The notes: generated by a model not told the origin, from the sequence alone. DNA of 57,737 bases from an uncultured Flavobacteriales bacterium (GCA_964004705.1 CAXFOQ010000003.1:1-57737), one strand, 5' to 3'; numbered from the stretch's first letter, positions 19,050 through 27,643 are shown. Program-made: numbers and translations.

Positions 19050-19535
19050 TTACTGTATAACAGAAAACGATATGATCCAGACCATCCACCCTACAGCCCC
19101 TAAACCAATTAAAAGTGCTAAACCAATTATCGTATAATCTCTAATCATTTTTTTTTGTTCTTCACGAGCATAAATAGCTTCTTGCCTAGCTTTTCTTATG
19201 CGCCCTTCTTCTTTTAATAAGTTATCCCACGCTTGCAATCCATAATGACCAACTAACCAGTTTTTAAGTTCTTCTCTTTGTTTTTGAACTTTTATTTTTG
19301 CGCTGTAACTGTTCATGGCTACTTCTTCAACAGAGCCATTAAATAATTTATCAAATGTAGACGGATTGTTTGAACTTTTATTTATATTATCAATATCTGA
19401 AACTGCGCCCATCCACTTGCCCAGCGTATCGGACATTTCTTCTATATCCTTGCCGGTTTGTATAAGTTTTTTTATTTGCCCATAGGTTTGTGTTGCCACC
19501 GTAACAGCAGTTCCCAATGTAATAGGGTCTATCAT
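19050..19535 (-). CDS. Hypothetical protein with C-terminal transmembrane helix
   Basis: 161 aa. C-terminal IIGLALLIGLGAVGWMVWIISF. Confidence 0.55.
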   Translation of the reverse strand: MIDPITLGTAVTVATQTYGQIKKLIQTGKDIEEMSDTLGKWMGAVSDIDNINKSSNNPSTFDKLFNGSVEEVAMNSYSAKIKVQKQREELKNWLVGHYGLQAWDNLLKEEGRIRKARQEAIYAREEQKKMIRDYTIIGLALLIGLGAVGWMVWIISFSVIQ

Positions 19536-19556
19536 TTTATTTTTTACCTTTTTTAC

Positions 19557-19585
19557 TTTACAAGTAGTGCCATATGCACTATATT
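19557..19585 (+). promoter_or_regulatory. Promoter with palindromic operator (variant centre)
   Basis: TTTACA-agTAGTGCCATATGCAC-TATATT, 17-nt spacer. Confidence 0.6.
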
Positions 19586-19619
19586 AAAATTATAACAACT
19601 TAAACTTAAAGAGGAACAA

Positions 19620-19844
19620 ATGAGAAAATTTAACCAACATGACTTAAACGAGTATGAAATGAACATACTTGCAAACGCTGATTACTTTACACTTGTTAGG
19701 TTTGCCGGAAGAGGTAAATTTATTACAGAAAAATTTACAAGTTTAAATGTACTAAAAAGTTTTGCAGACCAATATACACATAATTATATGGTTTATGCTT
19801 GCACAAATGAGGGGCGTGATGCACCTATTGGTGATTATAGTTAG
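19620..19844 (+). CDS. Hypothetical protein
   Basis: 74-aa ORF with an AAGAGG RBS. Its stop overlaps the stop of the convergent speD by 4 nt. Confidence 0.55.
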   Translation: MRKFNQHDLNEYEMNILANADYFTLVRFAGRGKFITEKFTSLNVLKSFADQYTHNYMVYACTNEGRDAPIGDYS

Positions 19845-20185
19845 TTTCTTTTTACACCTCTAATAGAGGTGGTTATATGTTTATCACTTATTAAAAGCCG
19901 TTGCTCAATGTAGTTTACGGCTTTTTTTGCATTGCCCTCTTTACCACAAGTGAACACATCTATAGCAAAAAATTTTTCTTCCGGATAAGTATGAATTGCA
20001 AGATGACTTTCTGCAAGTACCCATACGCAAGTTTCGCCTTGAGGCATAAATTGATGATAAGTTTTTTTTACAATATTCATACCACCAGCCTTCAACCCAC
20101 TTTCTATAATTTCTGAAAGTTTGCTCCAAACCACCCACTCTTCTAGCCAAATATCTCCTTGAACTAAAGTTCCTCTGGTGTTCAT
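19841..20185 (-). CDS. speD: S-adenosylmethionine decarboxylase proenzyme (small pyruvoyl class)
   Basis: VLAESHLAIHTYPEEKFFAIDVFTCG matches the AdoMetDC self-cleavage site (E-S) and the downstream conserved block. 114 aa. Confidence 0.85.
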   Translation of the reverse strand: MNTRGTLVQGDIWLEEWVVWSKLSEIIESGLKAGGMNIVKKTYHQFMPQGETCVWVLAESHLAIHTYPEEKFFAIDVFTCGKEGNAKKAVNYIEQRLLISDKHITTSIRGVKRN

Positions 20186-21498
20186 TCGTCATTTCCCTCA
20201 CTATTGTGAATAATATCCCCAAACTCATTTTTTATTTCCTTTTGATTGCCCTTATAAAAAACTAACACGTTTTGGTGCATACGACCAACTTTTCTATTTG
20301 ATTGCATTGCTTTTTTAGCTCTTAAGGGCAATGTACCCTCTTGATTAATTAATATTATTTCATTCCAGAATTTATACCCAGCATTAACCATAATATCTAC
20401 GGTTTTGGGTACTAAACTTATATAATTTCCCTTTTTGCTTCTTACTTCGCTTGTAGTAATTACAGCAAATCTATTTTCTTTTAATTTAGCATAACTTTTT
20501 GTTAAACATTCTTTATAAACAAGAAAAAAATCATCATGCGACATATTGCTTAAATCATCTGGCAAATCACTATAAACTTCTAAATCTGCATATGGTGGAC
20601 AACTAAAAAATAAATCAACACTTTCATCTTTTACATATTTATCCATGTTTTTGCCATCATCGCATATATATTTTGCGCTTAAATTGGCATCTTTTACTCT
20701 TTTATTATTTATTTGTACTTGTTCATGCCTTAATTCTATGCCGGTAAATGTTAAACCATTACTACCAGCTACAAAACCAAAGACACTATCGCCAGCAAAA
20801 CAATCAAAAGCATGAAAATCTTTTTTACCAAACCATAAACAAATTAGTTCAGCCAAAACAGCATCTAATATAGAAACACTGCCTATATTTTCCATTATAC
20901 TTTTTTCTTTATCTAACGTATTTTCACGGCTTTGACCAATATCACCAATTAAACTATTCCAATATTCTTTTCTATCTTGCCAATAACCTTGCCTTGTATC
21001 TAATATGCTAAAAGGTGGTACAATAAAATTTTTATGTAAACTTCCCTTTTCCCATTCATCATATTTTTTAAAAGGATCACGGCTTTCAAAATTTAATAAT
21101 TCATCTATTTCTTTTTGATCAAAACCAGTAAATTTTAAATCAAAATCAGTTTCTTGTAATTTTTTAAATTCTTCAGTTAGTAATGGAAAATCCCATTGGC
21201 TTTCTAAACCAGTTCTATTATCAGCTATTCTATAACCCTGTTTTTCTTCTTCTGAAAGTCCTGTTGCCACATGAACTGGCACTTTTTCTTGTTTTAAGTA
21301 TTGCCCAGCCATTAGCCTAGTATGCCCAGCAATTATAATATCATTTTCATCTACAACTATTGGTTGTCTCCAACCATATTTTTTTATTGATAAAGCCGTT
21401 TTAACAACGCTGTCCACACCTATTTGACGTGGGTTGGTATCATAAGCCTTCGGCTTATTAATATCCCACATATCTACTTTAAAACTTGTTTCTTCCAT
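20182..21498 (-). CDS. ParB-like nuclease domain fused to a DNA methyltransferase
   Basis: N-terminal ParB-like NPRQI...GWRQPIVVDENDIIIAGHTRL. C-terminal MTase motif I-like FDCFAGDSVFG and motif IV SCPPY. ATGA overlap with speD. Confidence 0.8.
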   Translation of the reverse strand: MEETSFKVDMWDINKPKAYDTNPRQIGVDSVVKTALSIKKYGWRQPIVVDENDIIIAGHTRLMAGQYLKQEKVPVHVATGLSEEEKQGYRIADNRTGLESQWDFPLLTEEFKKLQETDFDLKFTGFDQKEIDELLNFESRDPFKKYDEWEKGSLHKNFIVPPFSILDTRQGYWQDRKEYWNSLIGDIGQSRENTLDKEKSIMENIGSVSILDAVLAELICLWFGKKDFHAFDCFAGDSVFGFVAGSNGLTFTGIELRHEQVQINNKRVKDANLSAKYICDDGKNMDKYVKDESVDLFFSCPPYADLEVYSDLPDDLSNMSHDDFFLVYKECLTKSYAKLKENRFAVITTSEVRSKKGNYISLVPKTVDIMVNAGYKFWNEIILINQEGTLPLRAKKAMQSNRKVGRMHQNVLVFYKGNQKEIKNEFGDIIHNSEGNDE

Positions 21499-21938
21499 AT
21501 AAACTTATTAAAATTTATTTTAGGTATAAAAACGCAAGGCTCTTGATCTTCTTCCCAATCCCTATCGCTCCTACCACCCATCCTAACTTTAACCCCACTT
21601 AATTTATCAAGTTTGGTTATATTACACCAGTAATCGCCATCGTCAACAGCAACAGCAAGAATAAGAGGAAACGTAAATAAATGAGTTTTACAATGTGAAA
21701 TGCATTTTTCCCATTTTTTGTAAGCAATCATATAGGTGCTAAACTTATTCCAGTTTTGACCATATCTGCATTTTAATTCTAAAAAAGCTACAATTTCATT
21801 ATTACGGCTTATTGCAAAATCTGGACTATACGATTTACCTAATTTGGTTAATGTACAATGCCAGATTTTGCTTATTCTTTGTGAAAAGTTTTTTTCATTG
21901 CGCAAAGAAATGAAAGTTTCTTTAGGTATATAACCCAT
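21474..21938 (-). CDS. PD-(D/E)xK nuclease-fold candidate
   Basis: SPDFAISRNNEIVAFLELKCR fits the PD...ExK pattern. 25-nt overlap with the MTase gene. Confidence 0.45.
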   Translation of the reverse strand: MGYIPKETFISLRNEKNFSQRISKIWHCTLTKLGKSYSPDFAISRNNEIVAFLELKCRYGQNWNKFSTYMIAYKKWEKCISHCKTHLFTFPLILAVAVDDGDYWCNITKLDKLSGVKVRMGGRSDRDWEEDQEPCVFIPKINFNKFIWKKQVLK

Positions 21939-21974
21939 TACTTTCTTTTCTTTTTGCCTTTTCTGCCTTTTTTC

Positions 21975-22556
21975 TTACCCATTACCATTTTCTAAACACC
22001 TCCTTTGATGCAATTCTGTTAAATCTTCTTTATCCCATTCATCGTAGTAACCCTTCTTTTCAAGGAAGTAACTAGCTTCATTCAGTTGGGATAAACGCTG
22101 AATGAAAACCATTGTAAAATCATAATCTAATAATGGTTCATAATTTGTATCATCAAACCCTTTTATTGGGCTTGCATCTTTATCAGCATTTGGGTGAAAT
22201 GGAATTAACCAAATATCATTTACAATGTTTCCACTTGGGCTGTTTAACATTTCACAAAATGTGAACAAATCATCAGCTTCATATTTTTCGTGGTCTTTAT
22301 CACATAAAATAAAAATTTCTTTTTCGTTTTGTGCTAAAAAAGTATTTGTTAATTCAATAATTTGCCTAAATATTTTTCCGTCACATTCAAATACTTCAAC
22401 CTTTTTATCACGCCATGCTTTCATAGCGTATGGACAAACTGTCATTCCATTAATACTTTTATAAGGTTTATTTACGACCTTTTTTACCCAATGAAGTAAA
22501 TCTTCTTGGTATGTTATAGGGTTCTTGTGTTTCAAATTTTTTGGGTTTTTTACCAT
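21975..22556 (-). CDS. Hypothetical protein
   Basis: 193-aa ORF. No motif recognised and no obvious RBS at its ATG. Confidence 0.55.
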   Translation of the reverse strand: MVKNPKNLKHKNPITYQEDLLHWVKKVVNKPYKSINGMTVCPYAMKAWRDKKVEVFECDGKIFRQIIELTNTFLAQNEKEIFILCDKDHEKYEADDLFTFCEMLNSPSGNIVNDIWLIPFHPNADKDASPIKGFDDTNYEPLLDYDFTMVFIQRLSQLNEASYFLEKKGYYDEWDKEDLTELHQRRCLENGNG

Positions 22557-22623
22557 TTGCAGTTTGGGTTCTACGTCTTGAATTACTGATAACAGTATTA
22601 AGTATTAAAAGTTTTCCTTTCAT
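22468..22623 (-). CDS. Possible 51-aa basic leader/overlapping ORF
   Basis: Strong GAGGG RBS 7 nt before the ATG (MKGKLLILNTV...). Overlaps the first ~90 nt of the 193-aa gene in another frame. Confidence 0.25.
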   Translation of the reverse strand: MKGKLLILNTVISNSRRRTQTANGKKPKKFETQEPYNIPRRFTSLGKKGRK

Positions 22624-22673
22624 TAATACCCTCACTTTAACAAAGTTATATCTCAGCAGTGACTTTCGCACAA

Positions 22674-22710
22674 GAAAAAAAAGACCCCCCAATTAAAAAA
22701 AAAGGGGGGT
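22674..22710 (-). terminator. Intrinsic terminator
   Basis: Minus strand: ACCCCCC-loop-GGGGGGT followed by CTTTTTTTT. Confidence 0.7.
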
Positions 22711-22832
22711 AAGTTGAGAAAACATAAATTGCTTAAAAATAAGTATATACGGTTTTTTTTAAAATATTGCAAATTTTAAACCAAAATACTTAAATTTTTG
22801 GCGTTTTAAAAGCCGAGAACTGGGTGAAAACA

Positions 22833-23075
22833 CTAGCGCTGGTATGTTTGTACCTCCGAAATATGCTCTTTTGGCTTGTTGGGCTTCATGTAAAGAATAC
22901 GCCTTGCTTGGCTTTCTGTAATACCAAAATGTTCAGCTACATCGTCTAAGGTATATTTTTTTGATGTTTTACGTCTTAAATGTACACCGGTTTCAGCAAC
23001 ATATTTCACTTTGCCTTTATTTTCTTGCCAATGTGTTTTTACCTTATCAATAAATTCATCGGAAAATTTAGTCAT
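22833..23075 (-). CDS. HTH DNA-binding protein
   Basis: YTLDDVAEHFGITESQARRILY is HTH-like. Start set at the MTKFS ATG, which overlaps the upstream stop (TAATG). Confidence 0.5.
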   Translation of the reverse strand: MTKFSDEFIDKVKTHWQENKGKVKYVAETGVHLRRKTSKKYTLDDVAEHFGITESQARRILYMKPNKPKEHISEVQTYQR

Positions 23076-23497
23076 TATTCTATCTCCCATCTATAAAAAA
23101 TATGGTCATTTATTCTGACCGTTTGTGTAAAACTTTTACGCCAGCTTGGCTGAACATAATAAGCGTGATAATGTGTTGCCCCTTGTGTCGTATCATACAA
23201 ATATCCATTAAGCGTTGCTTCGGCAATATCCAAAGCAAAACCCCATGCTAATTTATCATTTATTGTTTCCGGCAAACCATCGCACCAAAAACTGAATTGG
23301 CATTTATCTTTTATTGGTTTTGTACTATCCCAAGTATAATAATAGCCCTGTTTTACAACCTCGCAAACATCATTTGGGTATCGCCAATCTGCAACACGAT
23401 TAATGACCACTTGGGCTACTGCCACTTGCCCAACCATAGGCTCTCCTCTAGCCTCGAAATAGATCGCAGTGGCTAGGCAGATTAATGAGTTAAACAT
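23075..23497 (-). CDS. SleB/CwlJ-type cell-wall hydrolase
   Basis: AIYFEARGEPMVGQVAVAQVVINRV...QFSFWCDG...GATHYHA matches the Hydrolase_2 (SleB) pattern. Confidence 0.75.
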   Translation of the reverse strand: MFNSLICLATAIYFEARGEPMVGQVAVAQVVINRVADWRYPNDVCEVVKQGYYYTWDSTKPIKDKCQFSFWCDGLPETINDKLAWGFALDIAEATLNGYLYDTTQGATHYHAYYVQPSWRKSFTQTVRINDHIFYRWEIE

Positions 23498-24651
23498 TTT
23501 TCTTTCCCCCTTAAAATATAATCATGTTCAATTACGCCAATATTTTTATCACCAACTTTCATTGGTTCTATCCATATACGCTTTTTACCATTTTTATAAT
23601 TTTGTACTCGCCAATGTCCTCTGCGCCAATGTTCAGCTTTTGGAGAACCACTGCCGGTAATAATGCCTTTGTAAACTTTTCTTACTTTTGGCTTCGGTAA
23701 ATCTATTGTAACCAACCTATAAGAATATTTTGGTAAAGACCTACCGTTTCTTGTATGTAATATTTTTGGGTTTGGCTTTGCATCATTATAAACAATATGG
23801 TCATAATTTAATGTTGCTAAAATTGCAGTTATTAATCTTAAATCACCACCAATAGCTTTCATATCAGATGCAACCCACCTTGACATTTCTTCTTTATTAA
23901 AACCTTTTGTTAAAGTTTTATCCGGAAACATCATATTAGTTGCAATAGTTTGTGCAGTTTCTAATCTGCCATCTAACCAATTTATCAATCGTGATGTTTT
24001 TTCATTTTCACAATAATGTTCACCAATTAAATGTTTACAATGAAATTCGTGTGATTCTCTTATCTGTTTTTTTGTAGCACCAAAAGTATTTTGTTTAAAA
24101 TCTATGGTGTTTTGAAAATCATTGTTAGATAGTTTTTCATCATTGGATAAATAAAAACCGGTTAATGGTATATGAATTTTATTACTAATAGATTTGTTTA
24201 AATAATTATTACCATATTTGACTTCAAAATTAGGATCGGACTTTAACCTATCAACCATGTTATATGATGTATAAAAAAACATACCATTAAGGCGTTGTAT
24301 ATGATAGCCAACTTGAAAAAATGATTGTGATGCATCAGCACCAAGATTTTCAAGCCGTCTTTTTTCATTCCATTCAACAAACATATTATCGAAAGGTGGT
24401 ATCGCCCTTTTAATTAATTCAATTATTTTGTTTTGGTTTTGTGATGCTAATTCACCAACAGTTTGCATTAATTTTTCGTCAATAAAAAACTTTTGGCTGT
24501 CGGCAAGCATTTTTAATGCTTGCCTTGAACTTTGTATTGCCAATTTATTTGTGTCGTTTGTTAGGTTTTTTTTGTTTACAAATCCTAGTATAGACTTTTC
24601 CGGATTTGCTAAACCACCTATGGCTTGATTGATAAGTAATGGAGCGCTCAT
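23482..24651 (-). CDS. Hypothetical protein
   Basis: 389-aa ORF with a basic C-terminus (HWRRGHWRVQNYKNGKKRIW). No family recognised. Confidence 0.55.
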   Translation of the reverse strand: MSAPLLINQAIGGLANPEKSILGFVNKKNLTNDTNKLAIQSSRQALKMLADSQKFFIDEKLMQTVGELASQNQNKIIELIKRAIPPFDNMFVEWNEKRRLENLGADASQSFFQVGYHIQRLNGMFFYTSYNMVDRLKSDPNFEVKYGNNYLNKSISNKIHIPLTGFYLSNDEKLSNNDFQNTIDFKQNTFGATKKQIRESHEFHCKHLIGEHYCENEKTSRLINWLDGRLETAQTIATNMMFPDKTLTKGFNKEEMSRWVASDMKAIGGDLRLITAILATLNYDHIVYNDAKPNPKILHTRNGRSLPKYSYRLVTIDLPKPKVRKVYKGIITGSGSPKAEHWRRGHWRVQNYKNGKKRIWIEPMKVGDKNIGVIEHDYILRGKEKCLTH

Positions 24652-25187
24652 TATGCGCCCCCTACTTTATGGAAATAACCTAATACACTGCGCCATAAGG
24701 TTTCACCCTCATATTCAGAAACGCTGGCATTCCAAGTATCATGCACAACGCCATCAACTAGGCTACTTAAATGCCTTCGGCACGAAACTATTATTCTACC
24801 CTGTTTGGGTAAATCATAAAACTTCTTATGACCATCACTTGGGTCAAAGTTTTGTAATGCTCGCCATTGCCAATTATTTTTAAATAACCAGCCTTTATAA
24901 ATTTCTTTGTGAACGCCATTACGAGGTGTTTTGCTTTTATCGTACCAATTACCTCTGTATTTTTTACGATAGCTTTTTGCCACTTTGTCATTATGAACAG
25001 AGCAGTACCATTTAATCTCGTCTGCAAGTGAGTTGTAAACCCACTCATAATCATATTCACCAGCTATGGCAATGGAACGTGTTACACAATCACCGGCATT
25101 TTTGCCCTTAAAATATTTTGAGCGCCCACCGTCATTATAAACAAATTCCAACCCTACATTTGGGTTATTTACTAAAGGATTTTCCAT
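24651..25187 (-). CDS. Hypothetical protein with a possible Cys-His-Asp (papain-like) arrangement
   Basis: NAGDCVTRSIAIA ... HLSSLVDGVVHDTWN. Start moved to MENP, which follows AAGGAAAGGA. Confidence 0.4.
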   Translation of the reverse strand: MENPLVNNPNVGLEFVYNDGGRSKYFKGKNAGDCVTRSIAIAGEYDYEWVYNSLADEIKWYCSVHNDKVAKSYRKKYRGNWYDKSKTPRNGVHKEIYKGWLFKNNWQWRALQNFDPSDGHKKFYDLPKQGRIIVSCRRHLSSLVDGVVHDTWNASVSEYEGETLWRSVLGYFHKVGGA

Positions 25188-25262
25188 GTCCTTTCCTTTC
25201 ATTAAGGTTTAAGTTAAAAACAGTTTACCACAATTTGCAACGCATTGCAAGTTTTATTTTTT

Positions 25263-25436
25263 TTATTCAAAACCCAAAATCATAGGAACTGTTATGCAAC
25301 TACTATTTTTTGTCCATAAATCTTGATCCCATGTTTGGCAATTTAATAAAAAATTTATTGCAACAAACCAAAATAATATAGCTACACCAAAAGTAACTAA
25401 AGTTAAACTTGAATATCTTACAATTTTATTTAACAT
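25263..25436 (-). CDS. Small membrane protein (57 aa, untracked)
   Basis: My own translation: MLNKIVRYSSLTLVTFGVAILFWFVAINFLLNCQTWDQDLWTKNSSCITVPMILGFE. Confidence 0.4.
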   Translation of the reverse strand: MLNKIVRYSSLTLVTFGVAILFWFVAINFLLNCQTWDQDLWTKNSSCITVPMILGFE

Positions 25437-25447
25437 ATTTTTGCTCC

Positions 25448-25804
25448 TTAAATTACTGGGTTAAAAACATTTAATCTTGCATTTTCTTTTTCGTGCTTCA
25501 ATAGCCCTTTATCAAATAATGCTATCGCATCTTGATCGTTTTTAAAACCATATTCTGATGCAAAATTAATTGATGAACTATATTTAATGCCTTTTGGGTG
25601 TAAACCTTTTTTCCTAAAAAGGTATGCAACCATATCCGGTGTTTTTGCCCAAGCAATTAATTTTTCTTTACTAAAAAAAGAAATGCCACCATGTTCTGCA
25701 ACCATATAATCTATTGGCGCTTTTTTACCATTATGTTCAAACATAATAAAAGTTGATTGTTGTGTTCTTTTTTCTAACAATCTTTTTATTTTATTTTTAT
25801 TCAT
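25448..25804 (-). CDS. Hypothetical protein, first gene of the leftward early operon
   Basis: Start set at MNKNKIKRLL (GGAGA RBS). The upstream extension in the track covers promoter sequence. Confidence 0.55.
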   Translation of the reverse strand: MNKNKIKRLLEKRTQQSTFIMFEHNGKKAPIDYMVAEHGGISFFSKEKLIAWAKTPDMVAYLFRKKGLHPKGIKYSSSINFASEYGFKNDQDAIALFDKGLLKHEKENARLNVFNPVI

Positions 25805-25840
25805 TTTTTTTCTCCATAAAAAAAAGTTTAAGTTTTGCCT

Positions 25841-25868
25841 ATTATAAACTAATAAAAAAATAATGCAA
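25841..25868 (-). promoter_or_regulatory. Leftward sigma70-type promoter without the TAGTGCCA operator
   Basis: Minus strand: TTGCAT, 16-nt spacer, TATAAT. Confidence 0.4.
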
Positions 25869-25879
25869 GTATTTTTTTT

Positions 25880-25893
25880 TGCAAATTTTTGCA
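25880..25893. promoter_or_regulatory. Palindrome between divergent promoters
   Basis: TGCAAA-TT-TTTGCA with perfect 6-bp arms. Confidence 0.35.
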
Positions 25894-25911
25894 TTTAGTT
25901 GAAAATAACTG

Positions 25912-25940
25912 TTGACAAGTAGTGCCAATGGTGCTATACT
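25912..25940 (+). promoter_or_regulatory. Promoter with palindromic operator
   Basis: TTGACA-agTAGTGCCAATGGTGC-TATACT, 17-nt spacer. Confidence 0.7.
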
Positions 25941-25973
25941 ATAATCATAATAAATTTAAAGAAAGGAAAAAAT

Positions 25974-26135
25974 ATGTATAGAATTTATTATTATGAAAAT
26001 ATTAGTGGTTTAGGATTTTGGAACCAATATGGAAGTAAAAATTTCAAAACTGAACAATCTGCTTTAAATGAAGTTAAAAAATTAAGGGAGAAAGGTAAAC
26101 TTCAAAATTATAATATTAAAATAATAAAAGATTAA
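25974..26135 (+). CDS. Small protein (53 aa, untracked)
   Basis: AAGGAAAAAATATG start. MYRIYYYENISGLGFWNQYGSKNFKTEQSALNEVKKLREKGKLQNYNIKIIKD. Flanked by a promoter and a hairpin. Confidence 0.45.
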   Translation: MYRIYYYENISGLGFWNQYGSKNFKTEQSALNEVKKLREKGKLQNYNIKIIKD

Positions 26136-26143
26136 TAATATAA

Positions 26144-26179
26144 ACCCATTGCAAATTTATGAATATTTTTGCAATGGGT
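26144..26179 (+). terminator. Strong 12-bp hairpin (possible terminator, no U-tract)
   Basis: ACCCATTGCAAA-12 nt-TTTGCAATGGGT, immediately before the next promoter. Confidence 0.45.
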
Positions 26180-26181
26180 AC

Positions 26182-26210
26182 TTGACAAGTAGTGCCAATG
26201 GTGCTATATT
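26182..26210 (+). promoter_or_regulatory. Promoter with palindromic operator (near-identical to 25912..25940)
   Basis: TTGACA-agTAGTGCCAATGGTGC-TATATT. Confidence 0.7.
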
Positions 26211-26250
26211 AAAATTATAAATTAAAACAAACTAACGAAAGGTAAAACAT

Positions 26251-26499
26251 ATGTTAGGAACTAAAATAAAAGACGATGCAATAGAAGCAATACAGCAAGA
26301 CTTTGTTGTTAAATTTTCAGCTTTAATTAAAGAAGAATTTAAAAAGTTGGAAAAAGCACCATCAGTTAAAGGACTTTTAAAATTTGAAAAAGGTAATGAT
26401 GGACTAGACCAAATGTTAGCTGGAAGTTTAGAACTAATGTTTGAAGGTGCAATGACCCAAAAAACTATGGATAAATGGGTTAAGGCGCTTAACCAATAA
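26251..26499 (+). CDS. Hypothetical protein
   Basis: 82-aa ORF with an AAAGG RBS. Confidence 0.55.
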   Translation: MLGTKIKDDAIEAIQQDFVVKFSALIKEEFKKLEKAPSVKGLLKFEKGNDGLDQMLAGSLELMFEGAMTQKTMDKWVKALNQ

Positions 26500-26512
26500 T
26501 AACTTAAACCAA

Positions 26513-26532
26513 GCCCCAGCGAAAGCTGGGGC
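26513..26532 (+). other. Intercistronic GNRA-tetraloop hairpin
   Basis: GCCCCAGC-GAAA-GCTGGGGC, immediately before the AGAAAGGA RBS of the DUF932 gene. No U-tract. Confidence 0.5.
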
Positions 26533-26545
26533 AGAAAGGAAAATT

Positions 26546-27643
26546 ATGAAACAAGATATTAATTTAATTGAACTAGCTAAAAAGCTAGAGGTAAATAAAG
26601 CAAAGAAAAAAGATATTGTTTTATCTACAGATAGATTAACTTTAGAAAAATCTATTACAAATAATGATTTGGCATTTGGCATTAATTCAGATGAAATGCC
26701 AAGTTCGCAATTAGCTATTAGCGATGTAGCGCATACGCAGATTGCTTCGCATTTAGATATACCTAAAAGGTATTATGATAAAATGCGTTTTGAAGATAAC
26801 CAATCTTTATTAAAAGAAAACATAAAGCATTGGTTTGAAAAAAACCCAAAACCAAGAATGTTACGTTTATTTGATGAAGGTAAAAATGAACTAACCGGTA
26901 TTGAAAAATATACTTGTAGGGCTTTTTTAAGCGATAAATATAAGCGCATTGATAATGAGTTAATTGCAGAGGGTGCATTACCAGCGCTACAAGAAATGCC
27001 AAATGTACAAATTAAAAGTTGCAGTTTAACTGATAAAAATATGTACATTAAAGCAGTTTTGCCACAACTTTCAGCCATTGTAAAAGAGGGCGATGTTGTA
27101 CAATCTGGATTACTTATTAGAAATTCAGAAGTTGGCTTTGGCGCAGTAGAAGTAAGTATGCTGATATATAGGCTAGTTTGTGATAACGGTTTAGTTGTAC
27201 AAGATGGCTCAACTCGTAAAACTCATATTGGTACAAAATTAAGTGAAAGTTATGATTTATTAAGTACCGAAACATTAATTGCAGATGCACATACGCTTAA
27301 ATTGGCAATTAGGGATATTGTAAAAAACACTGCAAACGAAGTATTGTTTCTTTCAAATGTTAAAAAAATGAAAGAACTTTCAGAAAGCAGTGAAATGAAT
27401 AAGCCTAATGAAAGCATTAAAATTTTAGCTAAACAATATGGTTTAGCTGAAAATGAACAAGAGGGTGTATTGGCTTCCTTAATTAAAGGTGGTGATTTAA
27501 CTGCATGGGGAATGCTAAATGCAGTTACCGATTATAGCAAAAAAGCTGATAGCTATGAAAGGGCTACTGAGTTAGAGCGAATTGGTGGCAAAATACTTGA
27601 TTTAAACCCCAACCAATGGAAGGTTCTGCAAGAAGTAGCCTAA
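26546..27643 (+). CDS. DUF932-family protein
   Basis: RAFLSDKYKRIDN... and GLLIRNSEVGFGAVEVSMLIYRLVCDNGLV match the DUF932 signature (SEVG...RLVCxNG). Confidence 0.7.
   Translation: MKQDINLIELAKKLEVNKAKKKDIVLSTDRLTLEKSITNNDLAFGINSDEMPSSQLAISDVAHTQIASHLDIPKRYYDKMRFEDNQSLLKENIKHWFEKNPKPRMLRLFDEGKNELTGIEKYTCRAFLSDKYKRIDNELIAEGALPALQEMPNVQIKSCSLTDKNMYIKAVLPQLSAIVKEGDVVQSGLLIRNSEVGFGAVEVSMLIYRLVCDNGLVVQDGSTRKTHIGTKLSESYDLLSTETLIADAHTLKLAIRDIVKNTANEVLFLSNVKKMKELSESSEMNKPNESIKILAKQYGLAENEQEGVLASLIKGGDLTAWGMLNAVTDYSKKADSYERATELERIGGKILDLNPNQWKVLQEVA

Noticed and set aside
19941-20228. 95-aa ORF overlapping speD (also 24791..25060, 26434..26682, 26773..27078, 35463..35846 and 37269..37667).
   Set aside because: Each lies in an alternative frame or antisense within a gene that has clear motifs or better operon context. 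None has a supporting RBS or motif.
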